Below, in pieces: positions 42,642 through 52,283 of a stretch of DNA of 64,000 nucleotides. The DNA comes from an uncultured Nitrospiraceae bacterium (GTDB taxonomy: Bacteria > Nitrospirota > Nitrospiria > Nitrospirales > Nitrospiraceae). Both the position numbers and the translations under genes were made by a program. The notes under the pieces were generated by a model. It saw only the letters and a list, made by a program, of their open reading frames with translations, did no database searches and was not told the DNA's origin. Location of the stretch: positions 640,001-704,000 of the forward strand of contig CAVPLT010000004.1 of NCBI GenBank assembly GCA_963706325.1, read 5' to 3'. Position 1 is the stretch's first letter; each line of letters starts with the position of its first letter.

Positions 42642-43049
42642 ATGCTGGGGTCTCACTACCCAACAAAACTGCTCATCATTGATGACGGCCCCGATGTCCG
42701 CAAACTACTTCGGATCATCCAGGGAGGAACCGATCTCGTCTGCACGGCTACGCCGGATACGGTCTTGGCCAGTAAAATCGCGGTGTGCGACCCGCCCCAT
42801 CTCATTCTGATGGATACAGCGTTGCGGACAGGGGATGGATTGCTCCTGCTCGACTGGTTATGTGCCAACATGCATACGAAGGATATTCCGATTATCGTCG
42901 CGACGGCACAAACGACTCCAGGATTCGATGCCTGGGTCCATGCGAAGAATAGCGTGAAAGTTCTTCAAAAGCCCTGCGCGAAGGACGTCTTGCTCGATCT
43001 GCTCCAGCAAGTGCTGGAAAAACAGGTCCGGATTAGCGGCGCATCCTAG
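42642..43049 (+). CDS. single-domain response regulator
   Basis: LLIIDD, ILMD, DIPIIVATA, LQKP. Confidence 0.82.
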   Translation: MLGSHYPTKLLIIDDGPDVRKLLRIIQGGTDLVCTATPDTVLASKIAVCDPPHLILMDTALRTGDGLLLLDWLCANMHTKDIPIIVATAQTTPGFDAWVHAKNSVKVLQKPCAKDVLLDLLQQVLEKQVRISGAS

Positions 43050-43484
43050 TGTGTTGTCCGCTATTTTGACGGGCCATCGATCTGCTGCCCGGCTACGAAC
43101 TCACGCGGGGGTTCCGGCGGACGGCATGACTATTTGTCCCTTCTCCCAGCCACAAGGTGATGGTTATTCCGCTCTTCGGCCATTCATGTCGTTTAAGTCG
43201 CCACTCCCGTTCAGCAGATGTGGGGAAGACTCAACCGCGCCACTGATTCGCCGACTTCTCTCGTCTCATTCGTTTCTTTCGTAAAGAGGAGCGGGACAGG
43301 CGGCCGGGGGATCCGACCGCCGAGGATCTCGAAGGGACCTCTAGCCGCGTCAGCTTTAGGTCGGTCACTGCCGGCGACGAATGACTAGCACTTCTTGCAT
43401 AACGGGGATCAGGGATATCCGGAGTAGACCCGCTTCCGGCGCTGGATGGTGACATGCCAACAGTGCGTATGCGAGGCGTCGTGG

Positions 43485-43868
43485 TCAACGCGGCGGATAT
43501 TGAGCATGGGCAGCCTCGCTGATTGTTTGGGTGACATACCGCTCCAAATGCGCCGCTTCGCCCGGCTGGACGAGGACCAGACGCAGGCCACACTCGAGCC
43601 CTCGCGTCCAACAGACCGAGGCCACCTTGACGAGTATCGCGCTGCTTAACCCCGGCAAGACGATCAGAAGTTCCACCACGGTCCCCCGCTGCAGAACCAC
43701 GTTCGCATCGATCCGACAGCCGTCGCGGGACAGATTCCAGAGATGCCCCGTACCCAGCAGCTGATCATTGTGAAAATAGACGGCACACTGCACTGGCAGT
43801 CGCTGATAGGTCCGAAGCTGAAAGGTTGAGGGGCGCATGGTCGGCCAGGTTGCGTGGGCGTGCGTCAT
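43485..43868 (-). CDS. PilZ domain protein
   Basis: RTYQR (RxxxR) and NLSRDG (D/NxSxxG) motifs. Confidence 0.85.
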   Translation of the reverse strand: MTHAHATWPTMRPSTFQLRTYQRLPVQCAVYFHNDQLLGTGHLWNLSRDGCRIDANVVLQRGTVVELLIVLPGLSSAILVKVASVCWTRGLECGLRLVLVQPGEAAHLERYVTQTISEAAHAQYPPR

Positions 43869-43919
43869 AGGACATCCTCCTAGAGAGAGGCAGCGGGTCG
43901 TGCGTGCTGCCCAGGCGCA

Positions 43920-44267
43920 TCACCCGCTTTCGACCATGCGGTTTGGTAGATGGAGCCATGCGGCCATGTGATGCTGCCAGTTGGCACGGGTGAGATGGTA
44001 CCGATGACATTCCTGAAGGACCGTGGGGATGTCCAGACGATTCAAGAGCGTCGCAACTTCATGGACAGTGGGATTGCGATCTACGAGCAAGGCCTGCTCG
44101 ATCTGGATCTCTTTTTCAGGAGTTTCGTCATAGGGCATGATGGTGAAGAGATGGTCCTTCCCCTCGACTTGGCGAGACAGAATGGCGGCATGTGGGAATC
44201 GCCTCACCAAATGCCAGATGACGGCTTTCACTTTGGCCTCAACACGCCTGGCTGTCTCGTGTTCCAT
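43920..44267 (-). CDS. hypothetical protein
   Basis: GAGGAGG RBS; lies between PilZ genes. Confidence 0.6.
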   Translation of the reverse strand: MEHETARRVEAKVKAVIWHLVRRFPHAAILSRQVEGKDHLFTIMPYDETPEKEIQIEQALLVDRNPTVHEVATLLNRLDIPTVLQECHRYHLTRANWQHHMAAWLHLPNRMVESG

Positions 44268-44332
44268 TTCTCGTCGTCCTCCTCAGTGGACACATGTACC
44301 TGCACGACGATCGGACTCTCGATCCCAGGGGC

Positions 44333-44689
44333 CTAAAAACCTACGCACAGCGGCGTTTCCCCCCAACTGGAACTGAGCCGCGCTCGCTTCTCAATATGAC
44401 CAACATAAAAACGAAGCCTCAGTTGATCGTCCCCAGCCATGCGGATGAATTCAATACCCGCCTTGCCATCCTGGGCCCATCGCACAATTCCAAGGTCGAT
44501 GCGCATGGGCCGGTGCTTGTCCAGGTACACCCGAAGTTGGACGGGTTGCCCGCTTTCCAACAGGACTGCCGTCTCTATCAGACAACCGGGTACCGTCAAA
44601 TCTAAAATCTGCCCTTCTCCAACGCGTGCGCCGCAGGACAGCGTTGCCTTACACGTCGTCTTCTTCCGATCACTGTAGCGTGTCTTCAC
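44333..44689 (-). CDS. PilZ domain protein
   Basis: RYSDR, DLTVPG, VRW...AGIEF. Confidence 0.85.
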   Translation of the reverse strand: MKTRYSDRKKTTCKATLSCGARVGEGQILDLTVPGCLIETAVLLESGQPVQLRVYLDKHRPMRIDLGIVRWAQDGKAGIEFIRMAGDDQLRLRFYVGHIEKRARLSSSWGETPLCVGF

Positions 44690-44829
44690 ACAGGCCTCCT
44701 TGTGTCGGTGTCGTGTGGTGCATGTTTTAAGCGTAGCCGGGGAAGGCTGGTCTGCCTATGCCACGGAGGACGGAGGGCGAGGGACTACGGAGGGAGGGGG
44801 AGGAGTGCCGAGCACTTTCGGATAAAGGT

Positions 44830-44991
44830 TCAGCGGGTGGCTTGATCCTCCTGCTGATCGAGCTGTCCAAGCCCTCGATCGACTGCACTCCACCGCGTGC
44901 TCAGCGGATGGGGGGTACGAACCCAGACCGCCAAGACGAACACCATGGCCACCATGATGCCGAGCAAGAGCGCACTGCCCAGGTGTCTCAT
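44830..44991 (-). CDS. 53-aa single-TM peptide
   Basis: hand translation MRHLGSALLLGIMVAMVFVLAVWV...; ATGA-coupled to the upstream PilZ-like gene. Confidence 0.45.
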   Translation of the reverse strand: MRHLGSALLLGIMVAMVFVLAVWVRTPHPLSTRWSAVDRGLGQLDQQEDQATR

Positions 44992-45287
44992 AGGTTCACC
45001 CTTTCTTCATTCATGGAGAGAGCATGGTGGATGAGTTCAACCCCGAACTCCGACTCACGAGCCCACGTGACGAGGCCCTCCATTCGATTCCGTGTCGTGC
45101 TGGGCACCTGCAGAGACAGCACCACCACCATGCCGGGACTCGCAAGAAGATGGCTTTGGACGAGGCACCGGCTGGGAGAGAGCTCCCACACCCAGCCGGA
45201 TGCGATCACGCCCTCCTGGCACAGACAGACCGTGCAGGAGATGGGAAGATCGGTCAGATCTGTTGGGCAATAATGTGAAGTTTGCAT
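44988..45287 (-). CDS. degenerate PilZ-like protein
   Basis: GWVWELSPSRC...VTWARESEFGVEL; lacks RxxxR. Confidence 0.65.
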   Translation of the reverse strand: MQTSHYCPTDLTDLPISCTVCLCQEGVIASGWVWELSPSRCLVQSHLLASPGMVVVLSLQVPSTTRNRMEGLVTWARESEFGVELIHHALSMNEERVNL

Positions 45288-45505
45288 GCCGCGACTCTAC
45301 GAGCGCCGCCCTCGAAAAGGACATTCCACGGAGGATGGGAACATGGGTACGAGTGGGAGGCGAACCGCTCAACTCATCAGCGAAAGCGCGCTGCGTCTCC
45401 TGGCGAAAGGCGGTTGGGATGGAGCGGAGGCCCCAGAGGCGAACGGCCAGGGTCATAATAGAGCTGGCCGCTAGACACGGTTCCCGGTATACCGTCCACG
45501 CGCGT

Positions 45506-45898
45506 ATGGTGCACATTTTACTCATTGAGGATACTGAGGCCGTGCGGGGGCTATTTCGTGCGATCTTGGAACAGGCCGGCTATGTGGTGCGTGAAGCGTC
45601 AACGGGGTCAGAGGGAATTCGTCACTTTCATGAGAATCCGTCGGATGTCGTGATCACTGATATGTACATGCCGAACGGCGACGGCTTCGACGTCATAGGC
45701 GCCTTGCGACGTGAAGACCCTGCGCCGAAAATCATCGTGATGTCTGGGCAATCGAGCAAGGGGGAGATACTCAGCGCGGCCAAGCTGATGGGGGCCGACC
45801 TGATCTTAGCCAAGCCGGTGCCCATGGACGAGCTGTTGAACGCGGTCGAGACGGTCTTGGGGCAGGTTCAGGCGAGAAGACCTTCTATCGGTGAATGA
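45506..45898 (+). CDS. single-domain response regulator (paralog of 40728-41234)
   Basis: VRGLFRAILE, DVVITDMYMP.GDG shared. Confidence 0.88.
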   Translation: MVHILLIEDTEAVRGLFRAILEQAGYVVREASTGSEGIRHFHENPSDVVITDMYMPNGDGFDVIGALRREDPAPKIIVMSGQSSKGEILSAAKLMGADLILAKPVPMDELLNAVETVLGQVQARRPSIGE

Positions 45899-46543
45899 GA
45901 GGGAGTCGTCGGCACAGTGTCTGTCAGGCGACGGGCCGGCCACGGATCCGGACGGGATGGGGGATTTCAATATGCGAAGGCCGGGGGCCTTTTTATACCC
46001 ACACGGCAGACCGAGTTCTTTCGTTTAATTCGTTTATTTCGTAAGGAGGAGCAGGACCGCCGGCCGGGGGATCCGGACTGACGAGCAAGTCGACAGGCGA
46101 AGGCCGGGGGTCTGAATCGTACATAGGTCGTATATGTCGTTTATGTCGTCTACCCATTGGCAGAATGGGAGAACGCCTCCCGAGCTTTCGAGACGAAGGT
46201 CAGGGGGGCTTATTTCGCTAATTCGCTTTTTTCGCCAGTAGACGCAGCACACGAGGTTGCCGTGGAGATGTGTGTAGCTAGGCCAGGGGTTCCCTTTTTG
46301 CCATGGTGGCCCCGCCGACAAACCGGGGGGTCTTTCCTGCCAGGGAGAGCCGAAAATCTCCCCTCCATCGTTCCGGTTTTCGTCACGGTTGCGGCTAGGG
46401 GATTCCCTGGTTTCTGCTCACGCAGCTCCCCCCGGTGTCATGCTGTAGTCTCCTGTATCCGATCGTCACTATAACCACTGGAATCACTGGCCTCTAGGTA
46501 CGTGGCGTGTCGCCCTGTATCTCATGGCTGAATATTCTAATGG

Positions 46544-46592
<49 letters not shown>

Positions 46593-46755
46593 CTACTTGA
46601 CAGACTGCATGAAATGCATGTGATAGTCGTGAGTACATACCTCACACCACCTCTGACCCTTTCTCCATCATGACTTTTCCCAAGCTCCGGCATGGCTTGC
46701 GCGGGTGTGAAGAGTCTCTTCCTACCTATCCAATATTTTTCCCCAAGCCATGTTA

Positions 46756-46800
46756 GTGGGCCCAATAGCGTCGACGGAGCCTCCTATGCTTAAGATGAGG
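46756..46800 (+). repeat. heavily decayed 5' half of tRNA-Arg (candidate left junction of island C)
   Basis: GTGGGCCC-ATAGC-GTCG-GAGC-TAAGATGAGG colinear with GTGCGCCC-GTAGC-GTCG-GAGC-TAAGCTGAGG. Confidence 0.45.
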
Positions 46801-47288
46801 TGCCCTCTCACCGATGAATTTCCGTCCGTTGGATGAAATTCAGCGGTACTTTCACTACCCCTCTATTCCGCTTCGAGTCAGTCATCTCGCCTACTGTTTT
46901 CCGGCGAGGGTGGGAACTGCCAAGGCTGGCTTTGCACGATGGTGGCCACGTGCAAAGCCAGAGAATGATCCCATTGGCTTTTTCCCAATCTGCTGCGCTG
47001 ATCAAGCACCTCATAATGGTTGTGTTAATAGGAAGTGTTCGCGGCCCTAGGTCTTCTCCTAGGATCGAGGAATGTTCCAAGACGATACAATGTCACTCGC
47101 CGATGCGCAGACCTACAATGGTGTGCCTGTGCGCTTTCGGAACAAAGAGCATTTAAGATCACGTATCAATGGGACGGGCACTATTTAAAGGGGGACTATG
47201 GGAATGGACATGATTGCTCTGAGAGGAACTCCTTGCCAGGGGACTGCGAAAAAAAAAACGTCTCTCTATCCGAGCCATCACGGTTCAC

Positions 47289-48020
47289 TTGGCCCTATGT
47301 ACCCTCCTATTCGGGAGCATTGCTCCATGGGTGTCGGCTGCGGGTGAGGACGATGTGCGAGAGTCGGCCCGCCTGTTGGCGGTATTATTGGATTCTGGCC
47401 GGGTGGCGATTGGCCAAAACCAGGAATTGATCAATGACCCCGGAAAAGGGGACAAAGGTTTCACCCCAGAAGTGTTTGCGGAACAGACGATCGCCTTATT
47501 TAAAAATCGAACCGGGCATGATTTGAAAAATCTTCAGACCGCTCACATACCCACCATGGCTAAGCCATTGCTCAAAAGGCTCTTGGAGGAAAGTAAGCAA
47601 ACCGTGGCGACGTATCAAACCGTCATCAACATGAAAGGAATCAAGTACAAAGGATTGATACCAGCGACGTTCGGTACCGAGACAGGAGCCCGATTCCAAC
47701 TCTGGTCCGGCCTTTACCTCAAGCAGACCGCACCCGATCATCTTCTTCGTAACAGTAAGAACAAAGCGGATGAGTTTGAGCTAGCCGCAATGCACCGAGT
47801 GGGAAATTCAGAGTTTTCTGGCGAGGGAGATCAGATCTTAAGCGAAGTAGCGGAAGGTGGAAAGTCTCTACGTGTTCTTCTCCCTTTGTTTTATAACAAA
47901 GCCTGTTTGAGCTGCCATGGTGAGCCCAAGGGCGAGCGAGATGTGACCGGGTATCCCAGGGAAGGCGCGCAAGAAGGAAACTTGGGAGGGGCCATTAGCG
48001 TGAAACTTCCTTTGCCATGA
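47289..48020 (+). CDS. Tll0287/DUF3365-like periplasmic c-type heme protein
   Basis: CLSCHG heme motif, LRNSKNKADEFE, GNLGGAISV; true start may be ATG 47198 across an A10 tract. Confidence 0.85.
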   Translation: MALCTLLFGSIAPWVSAAGEDDVRESARLLAVLLDSGRVAIGQNQELINDPGKGDKGFTPEVFAEQTIALFKNRTGHDLKNLQTAHIPTMAKPLLKRLLEESKQTVATYQTVINMKGIKYKGLIPATFGTETGARFQLWSGLYLKQTAPDHLLRNSKNKADEFELAAMHRVGNSEFSGEGDQILSEVAEGGKSLRVLLPLFYNKACLSCHGEPKGERDVTGYPREGAQEGNLGGAISVKLPLP

Positions 48021-48114
48021 GGCGAGCAGAATGAACCACCCGGCGTTTAACCTGCCTGCGTCCGTAGCGCACAGTGCTAATGCGCCTGCCATGCCTCGAG
48101 CCCTGTGAACTGCA

Positions 48115-48306
48115 TTATTGCAGTGCCTCATCAAAATAGTCAGGAGCGAAGGTCGTCCCACAACTATTGCAATGCCACTCGGGGCCTCGTGGAGTGACTC
48201 TATGCCCAGGGATTTGGGGAATAATCAAGCGTCTTTCGGGCACAACCTGCTTGTGGCAATGGGGACAATAATATGGCGGCACGGGTGTAGGGCCTTGTCG
48301 TACCAT
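48115..48306 (-). CDS. small zinc-ribbon protein
   Basis: CPHC...WHCNSCGTTF; AAGGAG RBS. Confidence 0.55.
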   Translation of the reverse strand: MVRQGPTPVPPYYCPHCHKQVVPERRLIIPQIPGHRVTPRGPEWHCNSCGTTFAPDYFDEALQ

Positions 48307-48734
48307 CTGATTACGGCCGCTCCTTCCAGACGAGATTACCGAACTGACTATCTCGCCGTCCTTTTTCTACGTCCAGAAAATTCTTGAAACAGGAATGGGC
48401 TGCATCATATCCCATGCGCTACTCTCGTCAGCGCAAGTCCCGCTTGGGCCAATGAAAGACTCAACAGTCCTGAGTTGGAACAATGAGCAACAGCCCTGCA
48501 GCTGCAAAGTGATCCACGCTTTGGACAGGAAGACCACCAACGTGCCCAGAGTCATGAGACCTATCGTCACGATAAGCGCACGGCGTCTGCATACGCGCAG
48601 TCTTGCCACAACGCACGTTTTCACGTATAAAGGCCGACCGCTAGAGCGGGAGAGCAGGTCCTTTGAGAGGGAAGAGGGGAAATGAGAAGGGAGTAAAAAG
48701 GACGAGAAAGTATGAGTTGTGTATGATAGGTCGT

Positions 48735-49298
48735 ATGACCAGAGCAGCGCCAACGCAGTCTCCGCAGGATGAAAAACTACGCGAACTTATTGTTTATATT
48801 TCATGGCGCAGTAGGAAGGACCCGAACTTCGGCGCAATAAAACTTAATAAATTACTGTTTTTTGCAGACACGGCAGCCTATCGAGAATTGGGTAAATCTA
48901 TTACGGGAAGCGAATATCAACATCTGCCGGAAGGTCCATGCCCTCGGCGCATCCTGCCAGCAAGAGAACACTTGCTGAGTCAGACACCACGAGCTATCGA
49001 GTTGGCTTATCAGCAAACAGCTATCGGCAACCGACTGCACCGCATCATTCCTAAGCGAAAGCCCTATAGCATTTTTTCAAGGCCAGAAAGAGACATTGTT
49101 GACCGAATTGTAAAACACTTTGAAAGCTACACTGGCACACAACTCAGCGATCTATCGCACAAGGAACTTGGCTGGAGATTTACCACCGATTATCAAACTA
49201 TCCATCTTCGGACGTCTTGGCTGTCTCCTGAGCCTTTGACTGAAGAGCAGATACAGGTAGGCCAGCAATTAGCTCGAAAGCATGGACGTACCGTCTAA
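48735..49298 (+). CDS. Panacea/DUF4065 (SocA/GepA-like) antitoxin
   Basis: KLNKLLFFAD...GKSITGSEY..LPEGP...LSDLSH...W. Confidence 0.85.
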   Translation: MTRAAPTQSPQDEKLRELIVYISWRSRKDPNFGAIKLNKLLFFADTAAYRELGKSITGSEYQHLPEGPCPRRILPAREHLLSQTPRAIELAYQQTAIGNRLHRIIPKRKPYSIFSRPERDIVDRIVKHFESYTGTQLSDLSHKELGWRFTTDYQTIHLRTSWLSPEPLTEEQIQVGQQLARKHGRTV

Positions 49299-49542
49299 AT
49301 CGTATCAGCTCATCGACTCAAAAGAGTATTGCAAGGCGGCGAGGCAGCTTTATTCGCCTTTCAAGATTCGAGATGATATTCATGACCTATTCCTGCGGGA
49401 TTTTTCGGGCAATCTCAGTGAATGCCAGCAGGTGCCAGGAACCTCACTGTATGCTATTCCATTGCGGACTGTGTCACCGCTGACGATATACTTTACAATG
49501 AACGGGAATATCATCGAATTGATAGACGTGGAGCCGATTTAG
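49282..49542 (+). CDS. putative RelE-like toxin
   Basis: 86 aa, overlaps antitoxin 3' end; RelE-like layout (helix pair, VPGT loop, C-terminal strands IYF...IELIDV). Confidence 0.5.
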   Translation: MDVPSKSYQLIDSKEYCKAARQLYSPFKIRDDIHDLFLRDFSGNLSECQQVPGTSLYAIPLRTVSPLTIYFTMNGNIIELIDVEPI

Positions 49543-49684
49543 TGAAGGAATAAGCATCGCAAATTCTACACCCTAGCTTGATAGACACATCCGTTCCGAA
49601 GTCAGCCATCACTAACCCTTCCCTTAAGCCTACTAAAAAGGGAAAGAAGCAGAATGCCTTTCATCCACGTTAAAGACTTTTATA

Positions 49685-49924
49685 TCAACGTGGATCTGCC
49701 CCTTGTTTGTCCACATATTTAAGGTTCGTCGCTCTCGCCACTTCCTCGGCCTCTGCTTTAGTGGGCAGTGTGCGATTGGAATTGCCCGCCGTGGGATGCA
49801 CGATCTCTCTTTCAGCGACCGACACCGTCACCTTGCCATGGGGCACCCATCCACCTTCGGCTCGCTCCGTAGCCCAAACTTGGGCTCGATAACCTTTATA
49901 CCGGAAAGGGGTCTGTGCGCTCAT
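49685..49924 (-). CDS. small hypothetical protein (paralog of 25479-25727)
   Basis: GGAGG RBS before MSAQTPFRYKGY. Confidence 0.6.
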   Translation of the reverse strand: MSAQTPFRYKGYRAQVWATERAEGGWVPHGKVTVSVAEREIVHPTAGNSNRTLPTKAEAEEVARATNLKYVDKQGADPR

Positions 49925-50260
49925 TGGGGCACCTCCACTGACATTGGCTGGCCTAGGTTTCTCCTGGCCCCTCGATACCAGTCGCCAACTTGTTTGCATT
50001 AGATTGTCGACTGTCCACCTACCTCAGAACACCCGGCACGACGAAGGAGCAGCAAAAGGGGAAGATCCGTGATGACTAAGCTCATCACGGGTCATGGAGT
50101 GTCAGGCCATTAAGGCACCAGCTTGGCACCATGTGCCAAACTGAGCGCTAGCGTCCTCCTTTAGTCGCCGCGTCGGCATGCAAGACAGTCATCGCTCATC
50201 GCCCGCTGAGGGACTGCTTTTCTCGGAGCCTATGGAGCTGCACGCCGAGGCGCACGGCAT

Positions 50261-50608
50261 TCAGCAATCGCTACTTTGACACCGGCTTGATGAGATAGTC
50301 GCAGACGCCTGGTTTGCGAGAATTTCGTTGAGGAGACAATCCGAGTCGGCCGTCAGGATTAGGAAAGGGATGGTGGGGTAGTGGGTTCGAAGGTGCGCGA
50401 TCACCTCTGCTCCGTTGATTTTCGGCATTTGGAGGTCACAGATGATCGTCGCAATGTCCGCCGTCGGGCCGGAGCTCTTCATCCTGGCAATAGCGTCCTC
50501 ACCATCGGAAGCCTCCACGACGCGATACCCGGCCTTCGTCAGCATGAAGTGAACCGCATTCCGGATGTCGGGATCGTCATCGACGATCATCACCGTCGCG
50601 GCTTCCAT
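50261..50608 (-). pseudogene. response regulator with frameshifted C-terminus
   Basis: MIVDDD, ICDLQMP; DYLIKP motif falls in another frame. Confidence 0.75.
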
Positions 50609-50741
50609 CAGATATACCTCTTTACAAACGGCTTTGTTGATTCGTCGTCATACCCTCCGATCCGTTCGCGTCGCTCTTCGGTTGTTGTCACCTAGTCTCC
50701 TAACGAGGCACTGATGCCCGCCTTTCAGTATGCCGGTCGGT

Positions 50742-51041
50742 TTAGGGGTGCGTGATAAATGCCAATGTTCTCGTGTCTTTTTGCGGCGATATCGCCCCTT
50801 TTGTGCTGGAGTCCTTTTGTTTCTGCGAAAGCTTCCGCTCACACTCGCGAATCACTTCACTCACCTGTATCTTTTTCCTCAAGGAGAGTTTTTCAAAGTT
50901 CGTGGGCGTGAACACTTCGCAAGGATTGCCTACTGAGAATGCTGACTGCGCATCCATCGCTAGTATCACGCTAAAGATAAGGAAAGGTTTTATGGAGATC
51001 CAATGAAGGTGTCGTTGAGAGGTAGTCATAATGACCTCCAA
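50742..51041 (-). CDS. small exported hypothetical protein
   Basis: GGAGG RBS, hydrophobic N-terminal segment. Confidence 0.4.
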   Translation of the reverse strand: MEVIMTTSQRHLHWISIKPFLIFSVILAMDAQSAFSVGNPCEVFTPTNFEKLSLRKKIQVSEVIRECERKLSQKQKDSSTKGAISPQKDTRTLAFITHP

Positions 51042-51634
51042 GAGATGCCTAAATGAGAGGGACTAAGTTCATCAGATGTTCAAAATTTATGCATCGGCAT
51101 GGCCGATGATCGATTTCTTGAGCCCGGCTGTAGGGAAGAGGGATACGAAGGGGGAACTTCCGACTGACGCTCGTCCGTTCGCAGTGGCGGTGGCTTACTC
51201 GATCGACACGATCACGGAGGCACTTCCCAATGTGTCGTGTGACTGAACCCACACGCATGAGCGACATCTCCTCTTAGCGATTCGTGATCGAGAGCGCCGT
51301 GCACCATAGACGCATGCACGTTGGGAAAGTAACAGAAGCAAACGATCACCATAAGTAGACTCTACCCACTGCTTTACATGACGACCTGATCATCTCGATA
51401 CGTGCAAGTTAGCGACCTGCCGCGAACTCTCCAGGCGGGATCAGATAGAAAAGCATGAGATCGTTGAGAATCCTGCCCCCTATATAGAAAATACGGCACC
51501 GGACTCACGTGAATCTAAAAAGATACTTCTCGTATCTCATCAGATACCAAACTCCTGATGAGGAAGGCAGCAAGATTCACGGCAGGGCGAGCTAAGCCTG
51601 TGCTGAGTGTAGGTTCCGATTTAAGCGTGCCGCA

Positions 51635-51650
51635 TGGTACAGGGTTTGCT
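51635..51650 (+). promoter_or_regulatory. sigma54 (-24/-12) promoter
   Basis: TGGTAC-N5-TTGCT. Confidence 0.55.
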
Positions 51651-51690
51651 TTGTACCTATCGCATCAGTCAATGCGAAAGGAAGAATGAA

Positions 51691-51768
51691 ATGCATGCCA
51701 TGGTGACCGTTTCACTCGTGACCCTGCTAGTCAGTGGGCTCGCCATCATGAACGTCTGGAGGTCCTGA
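51691..51768 (+). CDS. 25-aa single-TM peptide
   Basis: hand translation MHAMVTVSLVTLLVSGLAIMNVWRS; AAGGA RBS; follows the sigma54 site. Confidence 0.35.
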   Translation: MHAMVTVSLVTLLVSGLAIMNVWRS

Positions 51769-51875
51769 GACCGTTCGATACGTTCCAGGCCAACCGGTTC
51801 TCCTGCGATTCGCCACGCCAACCCTGAAGGAGGAGCGGTCCATGTCTCACCGAGGCGTCTGCCACACAACGTACC

Positions 51876-52250
51876 ATGCCGCGACTCTTAGTCGTCGAAG
51901 ATGATCCCGATCAATCTCGGATGCTCTGTGACCGTCTGAAGCTGTACGGCTATGCCGTGGGTTGTGCGAACGACGGCCCGGTAGCCTTGGAGATGCTTCA
52001 GACTGATTCCTTTAACGGTCTCCTGCTCGACCTGAACCTTCCCACCATGCCAGGACACCGTGTGCTGGGACAGGCCCGGCATGCCCGTCCCGATCTTCCC
52101 GTCCTCATCATGTCCGCTTCGCTGGGTAGGATTTGCACGCTGAAGGAAGCAGGGCCCACCGCGTGTACCTATCTCGTGAAGCCCTATAACAGTAGCGAAC
52201 TCAAACAAGCCTTGGTGAAGTCCTTCGGTCCGCGCCCGGAGGCGATATAA
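51876..52250 (+). CDS. single-domain response regulator
   Basis: LLVVEDD, LLDLNLP, YLVKP. Confidence 0.88.
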   Translation: MPRLLVVEDDPDQSRMLCDRLKLYGYAVGCANDGPVALEMLQTDSFNGLLLDLNLPTMPGHRVLGQARHARPDLPVLIMSASLGRICTLKEAGPTACTYLVKPYNSSELKQALVKSFGPRPEAI

Positions 52251-52283
52251 CATTGAACACCAATGCTTGGAAGAAAAGGCGAT

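Noticed and set aside
46597..46627. sigma70 promoter TTGACA...GATAGT after the tRNA-Pro 3' fragment
   Set aside because: Spacer is 19 nt and the -10 is weak; not supportable without TSS data
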